A program made the translations under genes and the position numbers. The notes under the pieces are model-generated. The model was not told the origin of the DNA and searched no databases. It was given only the letters and a program-made list of their open reading frames with translations. Positions 53,444 to 64,000 of a stretch of 64,000 nucleotides of DNA are shown piece by piece. Positions within the stretch are counted from its first letter, which is position 1. Each line of letters opens with the position of its first letter. This DNA comes from Alphaproteobacteria bacterium (GTDB taxonomy: Bacteria > Pseudomonadota > Alphaproteobacteria > GM7ARS4 > CBDIDI01), in NCBI GenBank assembly GCA_965277685.1, contig OZ255830.1, forward strand, positions 761,617-825,616. The letters run 5' to 3'.

Positions 53444-55078
53444 ATGAAAGACGACGCCAACACCCCGGCCAATTACATATGGCTTTATGATTCGACGTTG
53501 CGCGACGGCGCCCAAACCCGGGGTGTCGATTTCAATCTTGCCGATAAAGTCACCCTGGTGCGGGCTTTGGATGATTTCGGGATCGATTACATCGAAGCGG
53601 GCTGGCCCGGATCCAACCCGATCGATGACCGTTTTTTCGAAAAAGCCCCGAATTTGAAAAAAAGCCGCCTGACCGCTTTTGGCATGACCCGGCGGGCCGG
53701 CATCGAAGCGCGGCGCGATCGTGGCTTGGCTAATCTTGCGAAAATTTCCTGCGATCATGTCTGCATCGTCGGCAAATCCTGGGCCTTTCAAGCCAAAGAA
53801 GCCCTTGGCATCAGCCGCGATGAAAATCTCGCCATGATTTTTGATTCGATCCGCTTCCTGCGCGATCAGGGCAAAACCGTGCTTTTTGATGCCGAACATT
53901 TTTTTGACGGATGGAAAGAAGATGCCGATTACGCCCGGGCCTGTATTGAGCAAGCCCGCAAAGCCGGGGCGCGCTGGATCGTTCTTTGCGATACCAATGG
54001 CGGCACCTTGCCCGATCGGATCGAAGAAATCACCGATGCTGCGGCCCGCTGCATCGATGGACACCACCTGGCCATCCATTGCCATGAAGACACCGATAAC
54101 GCCACCGCCAATTCTTTGGCCGCCGTTCGCGCCGGAGCGCGGCAAATTCAAGGCACCTTTAACGGCCTTGGCGAACGTTGCGGCAACGCGAATTTGGTGT
54201 CCATTCTTCCTTCTCTGATTTTAAAAATGGGGTTCAAGACGGCGATCGATGCGGCAGGATTAAAGCGTCTGCGGCAAGTATCCGGTCAAATTGACGCTTG
54301 GCTTAATCGCCCGCCCGATCCGGGGGCGCCCTATATCGGTGATTTCGCCTTTTCCCATAAAGGCGGGCTGCACGCATCGGCCGTTGGTAAAAATCCGCGC
54401 TGTTACGAACATATCGATCCGGAAGCCGTCGGTAATCGCCGCCATATCCTGGTATCGGTTCAAGCCGGCAAGACATCGATCATGACGCGCTTGCATCATA
54501 TGGGCATACCCCTGGAAAAAGATGACCCGCGGCTGGCCGAATTGCTGAATATCGTCAAGGAGCGATCCCTCGAAGGATATTCCTATGACGGGGCCGAAGC
54601 GAGTTTTGAGATTCTGGCCCGCCGGGTTTTATCGCCGATGCCGGATTATTTCACGATCCGCGAATATCAAATCGTTAACCATCATCGCCAAAACGACCAT
54701 GGCCGGATCACCGCGCAATCAACGGCAAAGGTGCACATTCTGGCCAAGGGAAAAATCCATACCGCCACGGCCGAAGGCAACGGCCCCGTCCATGCCCTTG
54801 ATAACGCTTTGCGGCGCGCCTTGATTCCCATTTTTCCGCCGCTGGCCGATTTGCGTTTGGTCAATTACAAAGTCCGTATTTTATCGCCATCCAGCGATAC
54901 ATCGGCAAAAACCCGGGTGATGATCACCTGCAGTGACCGACAAAAGCGATTTTGGAACACGCTTGGCGTTTCCACCGATGTCATCGATGCATCACGGCGG
55001 GCTTTGATCGATGCCTTTGTCTGGAAGTTATTTCACGAAAAGGCCGATATATCTCGCGCGGGAAAAAATCCGGAATAA
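53444..55078 (+). CDS. cimA: Citramalate synthase (LeuA-like family)
   Basis: LYDSTLRDGAQ, YIEAGWPGSNP, FDAEHFFDG, LCDTNGG, GLGERCGNANL, HKGGLHASA, GNGPVHALDNALR; lies in the nadE-gltX-cysS-cimA cluster. Confidence 0.92.
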   Translation: MKDDANTPANYIWLYDSTLRDGAQTRGVDFNLADKVTLVRALDDFGIDYIEAGWPGSNPIDDRFFEKAPNLKKSRLTAFGMTRRAGIEARRDRGLANLAKISCDHVCIVGKSWAFQAKEALGISRDENLAMIFDSIRFLRDQGKTVLFDAEHFFDGWKEDADYARACIEQARKAGARWIVLCDTNGGTLPDRIEEITDAAARCIDGHHLAIHCHEDTDNATANSLAAVRAGARQIQGTFNGLGERCGNANLVSILPSLILKMGFKTAIDAAGLKRLRQVSGQIDAWLNRPPDPGAPYIGDFAFSHKGGLHASAVGKNPRCYEHIDPEAVGNRRHILVSVQAGKTSIMTRLHHMGIPLEKDDPRLAELLNIVKERSLEGYSYDGAEASFEILARRVLSPMPDYFTIREYQIVNHHRQNDHGRITAQSTAKVHILAKGKIHTATAEGNGPVHALDNALRRALIPIFPPLADLRLVNYKVRILSPSSDTSAKTRVMITCSDRQKRFWNTLGVSTDVIDASRRALIDAFVWKLFHEKADISRAGKNPE

Positions 55079-55087
55079 GAACCCGGT

Positions 55088-55155
55088 TTCGATATTTTAG
55101 GCCGATATTTTGGGCCCCATATTTTAGGCCGATATTTTGGCCCTATATTTTTAGC
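55088..55155. repeat. 13/14-bp tandem repeat (GATATTTTAGGCC-like)
   Basis: About five consecutive units between cimA and trmJ. Confidence 0.8.
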
Positions 55156-55190
55156 CTTTAGCTCTTTTTTACCCATGGGATAAAGCCATC

Positions 55191-56063
55191 ATGAAAAACG
55201 ATCGAAAAACCGAAAGAGAGCATTTATCCGCCCCCGCCGTGATTCTTTTCCAGCCCCAGCTTGGGGGCAATATCGGCTCTACCGCGCGGGCGATGCTGAA
55301 TACGGGATTGACCGATTTGCGTGTGGTCATCGATCCCACCCCATACTCGAAATCCAAATGGGCAACGAAATGGAACCATATGCACGGCCAAGCCCGAATC
55401 ATGGCCGCCGGCGCACGATCGATGCTGGATGGATTGACCCCCCTGCCAAGCTTTGATCGCGCCTGCGCGGGGATCACCCGTCTGTACGGCGCAACCGCCC
55501 GGGGGCGCGATGCTAATCAACGGGTTATGGATCCGCGCAGTGCCGCCGCCGCCATGCGCCGCGATATTGCCGAGGGCGGCACACCGGCCATTGTTTTCGG
55601 CCCCGAATCAAGCGGCTTTGATAACGATGTCGCAAGCCGTTGCGACGCGCTTATCATCGCCGGATTGAACCCACAATTTCGCTCTCTCAATCTGGCCCAA
55701 GCGGTTCTGTTAATCGGATATGAATGGTGGATGCAGGCCCCCGCCCGTCTTCGCGACCAGACCGTTCGAAAAGGGGCAAAACCGGCCTTGCGCGGGGATA
55801 TTGAACATCTTTTCGATCACCTTGAATCGGCCCTCGATCAAGGAAAATTCTTTGCCTCCCCCCAACAAAAACCGGCGATGATGCGCAATATTCGCAATCT
55901 TTTCCTACGCGCCGGTCTGCTCGACCGCGAGGTGCGGGCCTTGCGGGGGATTATCCATTGTCTTTCCGATTCCACCCCCCATCAAAACGCCCCGAAACCC
56001 CCCGGGGGAAAATCCCCCGGGAAAAACCCCCCCGGGAAAAACCCGGTCGGAACGCCGTTTTAA
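55191..56063 (+). CDS. trmJ: SPOUT RNA methyltransferase, TrmJ/LasT family
   Basis: PQLGGNIGSTARAMLNTG, IVFGPESSG, SLNLAQAV, NIRNLFLR. Confidence 0.9.
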   Translation: MKNDRKTEREHLSAPAVILFQPQLGGNIGSTARAMLNTGLTDLRVVIDPTPYSKSKWATKWNHMHGQARIMAAGARSMLDGLTPLPSFDRACAGITRLYGATARGRDANQRVMDPRSAAAAMRRDIAEGGTPAIVFGPESSGFDNDVASRCDALIIAGLNPQFRSLNLAQAVLLIGYEWWMQAPARLRDQTVRKGAKPALRGDIEHLFDHLESALDQGKFFASPQQKPAMMRNIRNLFLRAGLLDREVRALRGIIHCLSDSTPHQNAPKPPGGKSPGKNPPGKNPVGTPF

Positions 56064-56664
56064 TATGGCCCGCGATCGTGACCAGGCGCCGATAACTATC
56101 GCGCCGACCAAGCCCGGTCGGCACCGTCCAATCGGCCAAGCGTCGGGCTTGAAAGGACGGGATTTGCCGCAGGCCCGCGGTCGTGAATTTCGTCCGGTTG
56201 ATCCCCGGGCGCCGATGCACCCTTTGCCATCGAATAAAGGCCGGGGCACAGGTAACGATCACCCGATCGCATTGGCGATCAAGGCCGGTTTCAAATAAAA
56301 GCGGCACGTCAAGAAGACAAAACGCGCACCCGTTCCTAAACGCGCGCCGGATAAAATCGCGCCTTATCATATCCAGTCGCGGATGAACCACGCCCTCGAG
56401 GCGGGCCAGACGGGCCGGATCGGCAAAAACAAAAGAACCCAAAGCCGCCCGATCGATACCTTTATTTTTTCCTAAAAACGCTTCCGGCACGTCTTGTCCG
56501 AAAAGGTGGTGCAGCTGCTTTTGCATTTGCCGATCATGGGCAAAGAGGGCATGGACATGGGCATCGGCATTATAAATCGGCGCGGCGATAATCGCGCCAA
56601 GCATGGCCGCGGCCGTGCTTTTTCCACTGCCGATGGCACCGGTGATGCCGATCGTCATCATCAT
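55951..56664 (-). CDS. coaE: Dephospho-CoA kinase
   Basis: IGITGAIGSGKST, ADAHVHAL, LEGVVHP, LDVPLLFETG; lies downstream of aroE. Confidence 0.95.
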   Translation of the reverse strand: MMMTIGITGAIGSGKSTAAAMLGAIIAAPIYNADAHVHALFAHDRQMQKQLHHLFGQDVPEAFLGKNKGIDRAALGSFVFADPARLARLEGVVHPRLDMIRRDFIRRAFRNGCAFCLLDVPLLFETGLDRQCDRVIVTCAPAFIRWQRVHRRPGINRTKFTTAGLRQIPSFQARRLADWTVPTGLGRRDSYRRLVTIAGHIKTAFRPGFSRGGFSRGIFPRGVSGRFDGGWNRKDNG

Positions 56665-56713
56665 CCCGCCCCAAGGGTTTGCCCGGAATTTTCACGGGGA
56701 TATTTATGGGCCA

Positions 56714-57670
56714 TCACGATATCGCCGCGTCCAGTAATTGGCGCAATTCGATATGATCGTCCGGTGTAAAACCGAACCAATGGTGAAATGCCTTTTGTCC
56801 CTGCGCGATTAACATATCGATACCGCCGATGGTCGCGTATCCGGCGATCCGCGCCCGCTTGATTAAATCGGTGTTCTTTGGCGCATACACCAAATCATAG
56901 ACCAATGCGCCTTGGGCAAGGCCTTCAAGGTCAACGTCCAGCCGGGGATATCCATCCATTCCACACGGCGTTGCATTGACGAATAAATCGGCATGATCAA
57001 GCGCGTCTTTCGCTTTGTCCATCGTCAGGACGCGGATCGTATTTTTATTGCTCGGGATTTTTTGCCCGGGTTTAACAACGCCATTCCCGCGATCCGTCAC
57101 CGATGGCGGCCCATTGACCGTATCGATCCATCGATTGAACGCATCCATCTTTGTTTTTGACCCACGGCGGACCAAAACGCGCACATCCTTAACGCCATAG
57201 TCCAATAATCCGCAAATCACCGCGCGGGCCGCACCGCCGCTGCCGCTTATACAGGCGGCGGAAAAACGTGCCCGATTACGCGTGGTCGAATCGGGGGCGG
57301 CAATTTTTTCAATCGGGGCGAGAAAGCCGGCAACATCCGTATTATCACCATGCAAAGCACCGTCCTTTGACCCGACCGTGATGGTATTGACGGCGCCAAG
57401 ACGGCGGGCCTGATCGCCGAGGTGATCCAGAAAAGGCACCACCGCCTGCTTGTGGGGAATGGTGACGTTACAGCCGATATAACGGTGGCGCATGCCATCG
57501 ATGAATCGGGAAAGATCATCGCTGCTTACATTGACGGCGCGATAGCGCGCCTTGATACGATTTTCTTTCAGCCAATGATTATGCATCAAAGGGGAGAGCG
57601 AATAATCGACACTGCCACCGATAACGGCCAATATCTCCCTTGGCGCCGATATCCGATTTTTCGGGGTCAA
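56714..57670 (-). CDS. aroE: Shikimate dehydrogenase
   Basis: SLSPLMHNHW, GCNVTIPHK, GAVNT, GDNTDVAGF, GSGGAARA, VNATPCGM, YDLVYAP, GIDMLIAQG. Confidence 0.97.
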   Translation of the reverse strand: MTPKNRISAPREILAVIGGSVDYSLSPLMHNHWLKENRIKARYRAVNVSSDDLSRFIDGMRHRYIGCNVTIPHKQAVVPFLDHLGDQARRLGAVNTITVGSKDGALHGDNTDVAGFLAPIEKIAAPDSTTRNRARFSAACISGSGGAARAVICGLLDYGVKDVRVLVRRGSKTKMDAFNRWIDTVNGPPSVTDRGNGVVKPGQKIPSNKNTIRVLTMDKAKDALDHADLFVNATPCGMDGYPRLDVDLEGLAQGALVYDLVYAPKNTDLIKRARIAGYATIGGIDMLIAQGQKAFHHWFGFTPDDHIELRQLLDAAIS

Positions 57671-57674
57671 TCGA

Positions 57675-58529
57675 CTATTCCCCGATACCGCGTATCAAAG
57701 ATTTGGCGCCGTATCGGCGCAACGCCGTCAAAAGAGGCATCATCGGCAACCCGAGGATGGCGAAAAAATCCCCGTCCATATCCTTGATTAGTTGAATCCC
57801 CGGCCCTTCTATGCGACATACCCCGGGGGTCGTGTGCTGCGTTTCAAGGGCAAGATAAGCATCGAGGGCATGATCGCTAAAATCGTGCATCGTTAACCGA
57901 GAATGATCGGTGTGATGCCAAATTTCAGCCCCGTTCCGCCAAAGACTAACGGCGCTGAAAAGATTATGGCAACCACCGCGCATCCATTGCAATTGACGGC
58001 GCGCTTCCTGTGTATTGGCGGGTTTTGATATGCGTTTGCCCCGGCTTTCCAATATTTGATCGCAACCGATGATCAGATCGTTATCCATAGTATCGGTATC
58101 TGAGCCATCATTATCCGGGGCATCATTATCGGGGGCATCGTTATCCGGATCGCCGCCGATCGGATCGCCGCCGCCAAAATCGGTATCCGAACGGGATTTG
58201 GCCCGCTGGCTTTTGTCGCCCCTGTTCGAATCGTGACCCGAATCGTGAGATACATCCCGAAATGGACCCAATAATGGATGTTGGAATAATTGGGGGGGCG
58301 TTAAGGACGGCGACTTGGAAGATATCGACCGGGGGCGGGGGGATGCCAACCGGCTTGCGATCGCCGCGGCTTTTTGACGGGCGAGGTACAACGCCATATC
58401 CCCATTCGTCAAATGCGGTTTTGATCGGCGCAAGGATTCTTCATCGAGATCGGCCGGATATACCGCAACCGCGATTCCGGCACGATTCAAAAGCCGCTTT
58501 CGAATGGGACTGGCAGAAGCAAGAATCAT
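57675..58529 (-). CDS. maf: Maf family nucleoside triphosphate pyrophosphatase with an insertion of about 80 aa
   Basis: MILASASPIR, IIGCDQ, ISKP, GVCRIEGPG, DFFAILGLPM. Confidence 0.93.
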   Translation of the reverse strand: MILASASPIRKRLLNRAGIAVAVYPADLDEESLRRSKPHLTNGDMALYLARQKAAAIASRLASPRPRSISSKSPSLTPPQLFQHPLLGPFRDVSHDSGHDSNRGDKSQRAKSRSDTDFGGGDPIGGDPDNDAPDNDAPDNDGSDTDTMDNDLIIGCDQILESRGKRISKPANTQEARRQLQWMRGGCHNLFSAVSLWRNGAEIWHHTDHSRLTMHDFSDHALDAYLALETQHTTPGVCRIEGPGIQLIKDMDGDFFAILGLPMMPLLTALRRYGAKSLIRGIGE

Positions 58530-59139
58530 GATTTTTTAACGGCGCGAACGGAAGGGGATAATAATGGGGAAAATCAATGTAACAAAATGGTAAGAAATGG
58601 GGACAAGCAAGATCTATCCCCCCTTATCTTTTTTTATCCACACCAAATCAAGATCGGTCTTTGGCTTTCTTCCTTTTCTGGGGATAACGAGGATAACATC
58701 CAAAAAAACCGGGTTTATAACGCCATTATGATCGATTTAAATCGTTAGTAAAGATGGGGAACGATGCCCGGCGGTGCGGTATTAAAAATAGCACCCCCAT
58801 GATTCCACCAACCAACAACAAGTACCTTCTTATTATATGTTGTACTGAATATGGTTGGGATCAAACAGCGCGGATCGTCTCGGCCCTGTTTTTCTTTATC
58901 GGTCGATTTCTTGTCCCCGCGCCGATCAGACGTCTTGACAAGAGGCGAACACTCCTCTAGCGTTTTTTTAGGCCTGCTTATCGTTTTTCCTTTGTCCCGT
59001 TTTGACATGAATGGAAAAGGCGGGCGGTTTATTCTTTTGAACGCTCTTTTCGTGGGAGCGTCTTTTTACTCCCATCTCCCGCAAAAACCGATAAAAGATC
59101 ATTTTATCCCGGTTTTTACGGTGCCATCCATTTCATATT
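58530..59139. other. Candidate chromosomal replication origin (oriC)
   Basis: Perfect DnaA box TTATCCACA at 58634-58642, a 1-mismatch inverted box at 58679-58687, an AT-rich stretch, CtrA-like TTAA-N7-GTAA at 58737-58751, the maf/rho syntenic position, and an apparent C>G to G>C skew switch in sampled lines. Confidence 0.65.
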
Positions 59140-60396
59140 ATGAATCTCAAAGAACTGAAAAGTAAGTCGCCATCGGATCTTTTGGCTTTTGCCGAGAGTT
59201 TGGATATCGAAAACGCGTCCAATCTGCGCAAGCAAGATATGATGTTTACGATTCTCAAGCGATTGTCCGATCAGGGTAAAATGATTTCGGGAAGCGGCGT
59301 GCTTGAGATTCTTCAAGACGGTTTCGGTTTTCTGCGCTCGTCCGATTCCAATTATCTTCCCGGATCGGATGATATTTATGTTTCGCCGGCAACCATCAAG
59401 AAAATAGGGTTGCGCAACGGCGATACGCTGGAGGGGGAAATAAGGGCCCCATCCGATAACGAACGTTATTTTGCCCTCGATAAAATCGCGACCGTTAATT
59501 TCGAGGAACAAAAAGCGCTTCGCCACCGAATCAATTTCGATAATTTAACCGCGCTTTACCCGCAAGAGAGTTTGAATCTCGAGATTGAAGGATCCGGGGC
59601 AAAAGGGATGACAACCCGGATAATCAATCTGATTACCCCGCTGGGTAAGGGGCAGCGGGCCTTGATTGTTGCACCGCCGCGGACCGGCAAGACGATGATG
59701 TTGCAAAACATCGCCCATGCGATCACGACCAATCATCCGGAAGCCTATGTTCTTGTTCTTTTGATCGACGAGCGTCCCGAGGAAGTGACCGATATGGCCC
59801 GATCGGTCAAAGGCGAGGTCGTATCATCGACCTTTGACGAACCGGCCACCCGCCACGTTCAAGTCGCGGAGATGGTCATATCAAAAGCGAAAAGATTGGT
59901 CGAACACAAACGCGATGTCGTCATATTGCTTGATTCGATCACCCGTCTGGCCCGGGCCTATAACACGATGGTTCCAAGTTCCGGCAAGGTGTTGACCGGT
60001 GGTGTCGATGCCAATGCGTTACAACGGCCAAAACGCTTTTTCGGGGCGGCCCGTAATATCGAAGAAGGGGGATCGTTGACCATTATCGGCACCGCATTGG
60101 TCGATACCGGATCGCGGATGGACGAGGTGATTTTCGAAGAATTCAAGGGAACCGGCAATTCGGAAATTATTCTGGATCGCAAATTGTCGGACAAGAGGGT
60201 CTTTCCGTCGATTGATATCACGAAATCGGGAACCCGCAAGGAAGAGCTTTTGATCGATAAAACCCAGCTTGGAAAATTGTGGATGTTGCGCCGTATCCTG
60301 TTGCCGATGGGGGTTGTCGATGCGATGGAATTTTTACTCGATAAGATGCGCAGCACCAAGGATAATCAAGCGTTTTTCGATTCGATGAACAGTTAA
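59140..60396 (+). CDS. rho: Transcription termination factor Rho
   Basis: [76 protein letters not shown]. Confidence 0.99.
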   Translation: MNLKELKSKSPSDLLAFAESLDIENASNLRKQDMMFTILKRLSDQGKMISGSGVLEILQDGFGFLRSSDSNYLPGSDDIYVSPATIKKIGLRNGDTLEGEIRAPSDNERYFALDKIATVNFEEQKALRHRINFDNLTALYPQESLNLEIEGSGAKGMTTRIINLITPLGKGQRALIVAPPRTGKTMMLQNIAHAITTNHPEAYVLVLLIDERPEEVTDMARSVKGEVVSSTFDEPATRHVQVAEMVISKAKRLVEHKRDVVILLDSITRLARAYNTMVPSSGKVLTGGVDANALQRPKRFFGAARNIEEGGSLTIIGTALVDTGSRMDEVIFEEFKGTGNSEIILDRKLSDKRVFPSIDITKSGTRKEELLIDKTQLGKLWMLRRILLPMGVVDAMEFLLDKMRSTKDNQAFFDSMNS

Positions 60397-60424
60397 GAGG
60401 CCCGCTTTTAACCGTCGGTGAGGC

Positions 60425-60650
60425 CGTGCCCCATCTTTTTAGGGGCTGTTTCCCGGGGCCGTGGTTTTCCCATCTTTTTTGGGTTGTTTAACCCGCTTTT
60501 CCAGGGCTGTTTGCCGGGGCCGCTTTCGGATCATTGACCGGGGGTATTTCCAATGACCCGGATTTCTCGAGGCCGTGATTGCCCCATCTTTTTAGGGTTG
60601 TTCAACCCGCTTTTCCCGGGGCCGCTTTCGGGCGGCGTTTTTCCGGTCTA
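60425..60650. repeat. Degenerate G/T-rich repeats downstream of rho
   Basis: CCCATCTTTTTAGGG and CCGGGGCCG blocks recur several times. Confidence 0.6.
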
Positions 60651-60727
60651 TTCCCGTTCTATTTCTTGAGGTATTTCCATTCTATTCCGGTTTTATTTCC
60701 GGGGCGGGTGCGTTTTGGTCGGTTTTT

Positions 60728-61207
60728 TTAAGACCGTTCGTGGTCAAGCAGTTGTTTTTTCAAAGAAAGGCCGTGTTTTCGGCCGATATAGCCACCGCCC
60801 AGGGGCGTTGCCGCAATGACGCGATGACACGGAATCACAAGGGAAAACCGATTATCGCGGCAGGCACCGCCAACGGCGCGCGCGTTGCTTTTTGCTTGGG
60901 TCGGATTTAATTGCCGGGCAACATCGCCATAGGTTATTTGCTCGCCCACTTTGGTGGTGGATAAAAAATGCCACACTTGGCGCCGGTAATCGGTACCATC
61001 GATTAAAAGGGGAAGATCGTGCGGATCGGGCCATTGCTTTTTGACATAGGCATCGATCCAGTCGCGCAACCGGGATAACGCTTTGGACGTTGACGGTTCG
61101 TGATCGAACGCGGCGACGGTATCGTCATCCCACCGAATGAAAAGAATGTGTTCGTCGTTATACCGGACGTTCAATCGCCCCCAGGGCAGGTATAATTGGG
61201 TAAACAT
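60728..61207 (-). CDS. ogt: Methylated-DNA--protein-cysteine methyltransferase
   Basis: ITYGDVA, ARAVGGAC, LVIPCHRV (active-site PCHR), GGY.G..GLSLKKQLLDHE. Confidence 0.92.
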   Translation of the reverse strand: MFTQLYLPWGRLNVRYNDEHILFIRWDDDTVAAFDHEPSTSKALSRLRDWIDAYVKKQWPDPHDLPLLIDGTDYRRQVWHFLSTTKVGEQITYGDVARQLNPTQAKSNARAVGGACRDNRFSLVIPCHRVIAATPLGGGYIGRKHGLSLKKQLLDHERS

Positions 61208-61256
61208 GCCCCGATTCTATCATACTCGGGCATACACGGGCTAAAAAATGATATTA

Positions 61257-63995
61257 TTAATCCGGTTTCGTCTTCGGTTTGGCCGCCGTGGCGGTCGGCT
61301 TGGCTTTGGCCGCGGCCGCGCGCGGCCCGCCACCCAATGCCCCCTGAGATTTTAAGGGTTTTGTTGAGGGCGGTGTTGCCGGTGATGTTGCCGATGACCA
61401 TAAAGCCTTACTCGATAAAATTTCCTCAAGGTCACGGGCCCGGTAGACCGGCGCGAGGCACTGATGGCCGAGGCAAAGAATAGCACCGGGTTTTTTGAAT
61501 GACGGCGAATCCGATTTTTTGGCTCGGGTCGATAGGATTTTTTCGTTGCTCTTTGGATCTTTTTTCTTTTGGGAAGAGCCATGATTGCCATTGACCGATG
61601 TTTCAGAATCGGTGGAATCAAAGGATGGATCATCGCCGCCATTAAAGGTGCCATTGGTGCTTTTGCCCGATGATTTGGGGCCCGGTTTTTGTTGCGGCGG
61701 CTGATGGCTTATGACGATATAGGGTCCGGCATGGGCATTGGCAACGGCGGCCAAGGCTTTGAAGGTTTTTCGTTTCGGATTGCCGACAAGATGAAGAAGA
61801 TAGGGTCTGTGCAAGAAAGCGGCCACATTGGTAAGGGTCGCATGGGCGATCAGGTCTTTTTCCATGGCTTTGGCAAAAAGGGCGATGATCGCATCGGCCC
61901 GTTGGCGATAAAGCGGGTTTCCGGTTAAAAGCCAGAGGCGGACAAAAACGTCACAAAGAATCGATTGGCCGGCCGGAATCGTCAGATCGCGCACCGTTTT
62001 AATCCGAACGATGACATCGTTTCGGTCGTTGGCACTGAGGAAATAGCCCCCTTTATCGGCATCGTAGTGATGGTTTCGAGCGATGGCCACGATATCTTGC
62101 GCCTTTTGCAGATAGGCCGGATTGCCGCCGGCCTCGTAAAGGCCAAGGGCGGCCCGGGCGAAAAAAGCGATATCATCCAGTGTCGCGACATGGCGGCGGG
62201 TGATCGCATCATGATACAATCGCCCTTTGTCCAGCGCGGCTTTTTCAAGGGCGCCAAAGGCTTTTTCGGCGCGGTCAATCCATTCCGGTTTGGCCAAGAC
62301 CTGACCGGCCCGGGTAAGGGCATGAATCATCATCGCGTTCCAGTCGCAAAGGGCTTTATCGTCGCGGTTGGGGGCGGGTCTTTTCTGGCGTTGTTTAAAA
62401 AGGCGTTGGCGGCATTTTTCGAGTTTTGCATCGGTCAGTGACGCGATGATGCGCTCTCCGGTCGAATCGAGCTGATGCAAGATATTCGCGCCTTGGTAAT
62501 GGCCCTGATCGAGGATCGAATAAAATTGCCCAAAGGTATTTTTAAGCCGTCCCAAAGTGTGATTCAGTGCATCGGTAGACCAAAGATAATAAGCGCCTTC
62601 CTGTTTTTCTTCCGATGGGGGGGCGCTCCGTTTTGTCGGACTTTCTTTGCGCATGGACGTGCCGGCCCGGCGCAGCATACTCCAAAGATTCTTCTTCTTG
62701 CTTGCAACCGGTTTGGAATCGGCATCCAAGGATGCCGCCCATAGGCCCTTTGGCAACCGCATCTCACGCTCGAGCCAGGCGATGGTTTGTTCAACCCGTT
62801 GGCGCCAGAACGGCGATTGATTTTCCTGCCAGCCAAGGCATAACCATTCGACGATAAGGGCGTTGTCATAAAGCATTTTTTCAAAATGGGGAACAAGCCA
62901 TCGGGCATCGACGCTATAGCGGGCATAGCCGCCGCCGAGATGATCATAAATTCCCCCGGTCGACATATGCTCGATGGTGCGCAGAAAGGCATCGCGCAGC
63001 GGTCGATAACCGTTTTCGCGCCACAGTCGATGAAGCATGAAGAAAAGGGGTGCTTGGGGAAACTTGGGTGCGCCGCGCAATCCCCCGTTGATCGGGTCGA
63101 GTAAATGGATCATTTTCTCGCCCATGATGCGCTCGTTTTTTTGGCGGCTGGCCGATTGGGCAAGATATTGGGGGCCGTTTTGGACGACCGGGCCGTCCTG
63201 TGGTCCGGCAAGACCGGCGATCGCTTGTTTTAAGGTTTGGCAGCGCTTGGCGATGGCATTGCGATCTTGTTGCCACAACAGGGAAACGCGCTCGAGGACA
63301 TAGCCAAATCCGGTCATGCCGTCGCGATCTTTGTCGGGAAAATATGTGCCCCCCCAAAAAGGTTCGCGATCGGGGGTTAAAAACATGGTCAACGGCCACC
63401 CGCCGTGGGATCCGTCGGCGGTAAGAGCGGCTTGATAGATGGTGTCGATATCCGGTCTTTCTTCACGGTCGACTTTCACGGGAATAAAATGGCGGTTGAT
63501 AACGGTCGCGATATCCGGATTTTCAAAGCTTTCCCGGGCCATGACATGGCACCAATGGCAGGCGGCATAGCCGATCGACAGCAAGACCGGACGATCGAGG
63601 CGCCGGGCTTCGGCAAATGCTTGATCCGACCAGGAAAACCATTGGACCGGATTATCCTTGTGTTGCAGGAGATAGGGGCTGGTTTGTCCGGTTAATCCGG
63701 CCCCTTGCAATGAAACGGCGGATTCAAGTGCAAGGTTCGATGGCGCTCTTTTTATCGGCGTGGTCCCTTTTTCGGTTTTTGCCCGGGCCGGGGCTTGGGT
63801 GGAAGATTTTTTGAATGGTGTTTTATTTTTTGTGCTCATGGGACTATATCTGGAAGTTCTTGTTCGCGGACGCAAGCGAATTTTATCGGTTGCGGGTTTC
63901 GTTTTTGAACTTAAAACAGGGCTTTTGACCATCGATAGATCCATTTCATCTGTTGATTTATTTCTTTGTGGCATCACATCCAGGAGATATCCCAT
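61257..63995 (-). CDS. Thioredoxin-domain protein, YyaL/SSP411 family, with extensions
   Basis: [85 protein letters not shown]. The true start may be near 63839. Confidence 0.93.
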   Translation of the reverse strand: MGYLLDVMPQRNKSTDEMDLSMVKSPVLSSKTKPATDKIRLRPRTRTSRYSPMSTKNKTPFKKSSTQAPARAKTEKGTTPIKRAPSNLALESAVSLQGAGLTGQTSPYLLQHKDNPVQWFSWSDQAFAEARRLDRPVLLSIGYAACHWCHVMARESFENPDIATVINRHFIPVKVDREERPDIDTIYQAALTADGSHGGWPLTMFLTPDREPFWGGTYFPDKDRDGMTGFGYVLERVSLLWQQDRNAIAKRCQTLKQAIAGLAGPQDGPVVQNGPQYLAQSASRQKNERIMGEKMIHLLDPINGGLRGAPKFPQAPLFFMLHRLWRENGYRPLRDAFLRTIEHMSTGGIYDHLGGGYARYSVDARWLVPHFEKMLYDNALIVEWLCLGWQENQSPFWRQRVEQTIAWLEREMRLPKGLWAASLDADSKPVASKKKNLWSMLRRAGTSMRKESPTKRSAPPSEEKQEGAYYLWSTDALNHTLGRLKNTFGQFYSILDQGHYQGANILHQLDSTGERIIASLTDAKLEKCRQRLFKQRQKRPAPNRDDKALCDWNAMMIHALTRAGQVLAKPEWIDRAEKAFGALEKAALDKGRLYHDAITRRHVATLDDIAFFARAALGLYEAGGNPAYLQKAQDIVAIARNHHYDADKGGYFLSANDRNDVIVRIKTVRDLTIPAGQSILCDVFVRLWLLTGNPLYRQRADAIIALFAKAMEKDLIAHATLTNVAAFLHRPYLLHLVGNPKRKTFKALAAVANAHAGPYIVISHQPPQQKPGPKSSGKSTNGTFNGGDDPSFDSTDSETSVNGNHGSSQKKKDPKSNEKILSTRAKKSDSPSFKKPGAILCLGHQCLAPVYRARDLEEILSSKALWSSATSPATPPSTKPLKSQGALGGGPRAAAAKAKPTATAAKPKTKPD

Positions 63996-64000
63996 CGATT

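Overview
This is a 64-kb core-genome segment of a moderately GC-rich alphaproteobacterium. It carries about 47 housekeeping genes, among them glmU, dapE, dcd, greA, carB, class I lysS, cysI cluster, lexA, gyrB, dnaA-dnaN-recF, hppA, yajC-secD-secF, dnaE, folK, rpoZ-rsh, pdxJ-acpS, rpsD, rpmE, class II DAHP synthase, nadE-gltX-cysS-cimA-trmJ, coaE-aroE-maf, rho, ogt and yyaL. I saw no phage, transposase or CRISPR. Four things stand out. (1) A tRNA-Thr(GGU) gene (16901-17218, minus strand) is split between U36 and A37 by a 246-nt Azoarcus-like group I intron. It has a complete P/Q/R/S core and an internal guide sequence matched to the Thr anticodon; I do not know this tRNA as a classical group I intron host. 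(2) About half of the conserved proteins carry lineage-specific in-frame low-complexity or tandem-repeat insertions or tails, and non-triplet repeat periods are seen only between genes. (3) Gene 3' ends including the stop codon are tandemly re-copied at gyrB, recF, secD/secF and qor; at secD/secF this creates chimeric mini-ORFs. (4) A candidate oriC lies between maf and rho. All gene calls come from motif recognition by eye, with no database searches. Insertion boundaries are approximate.
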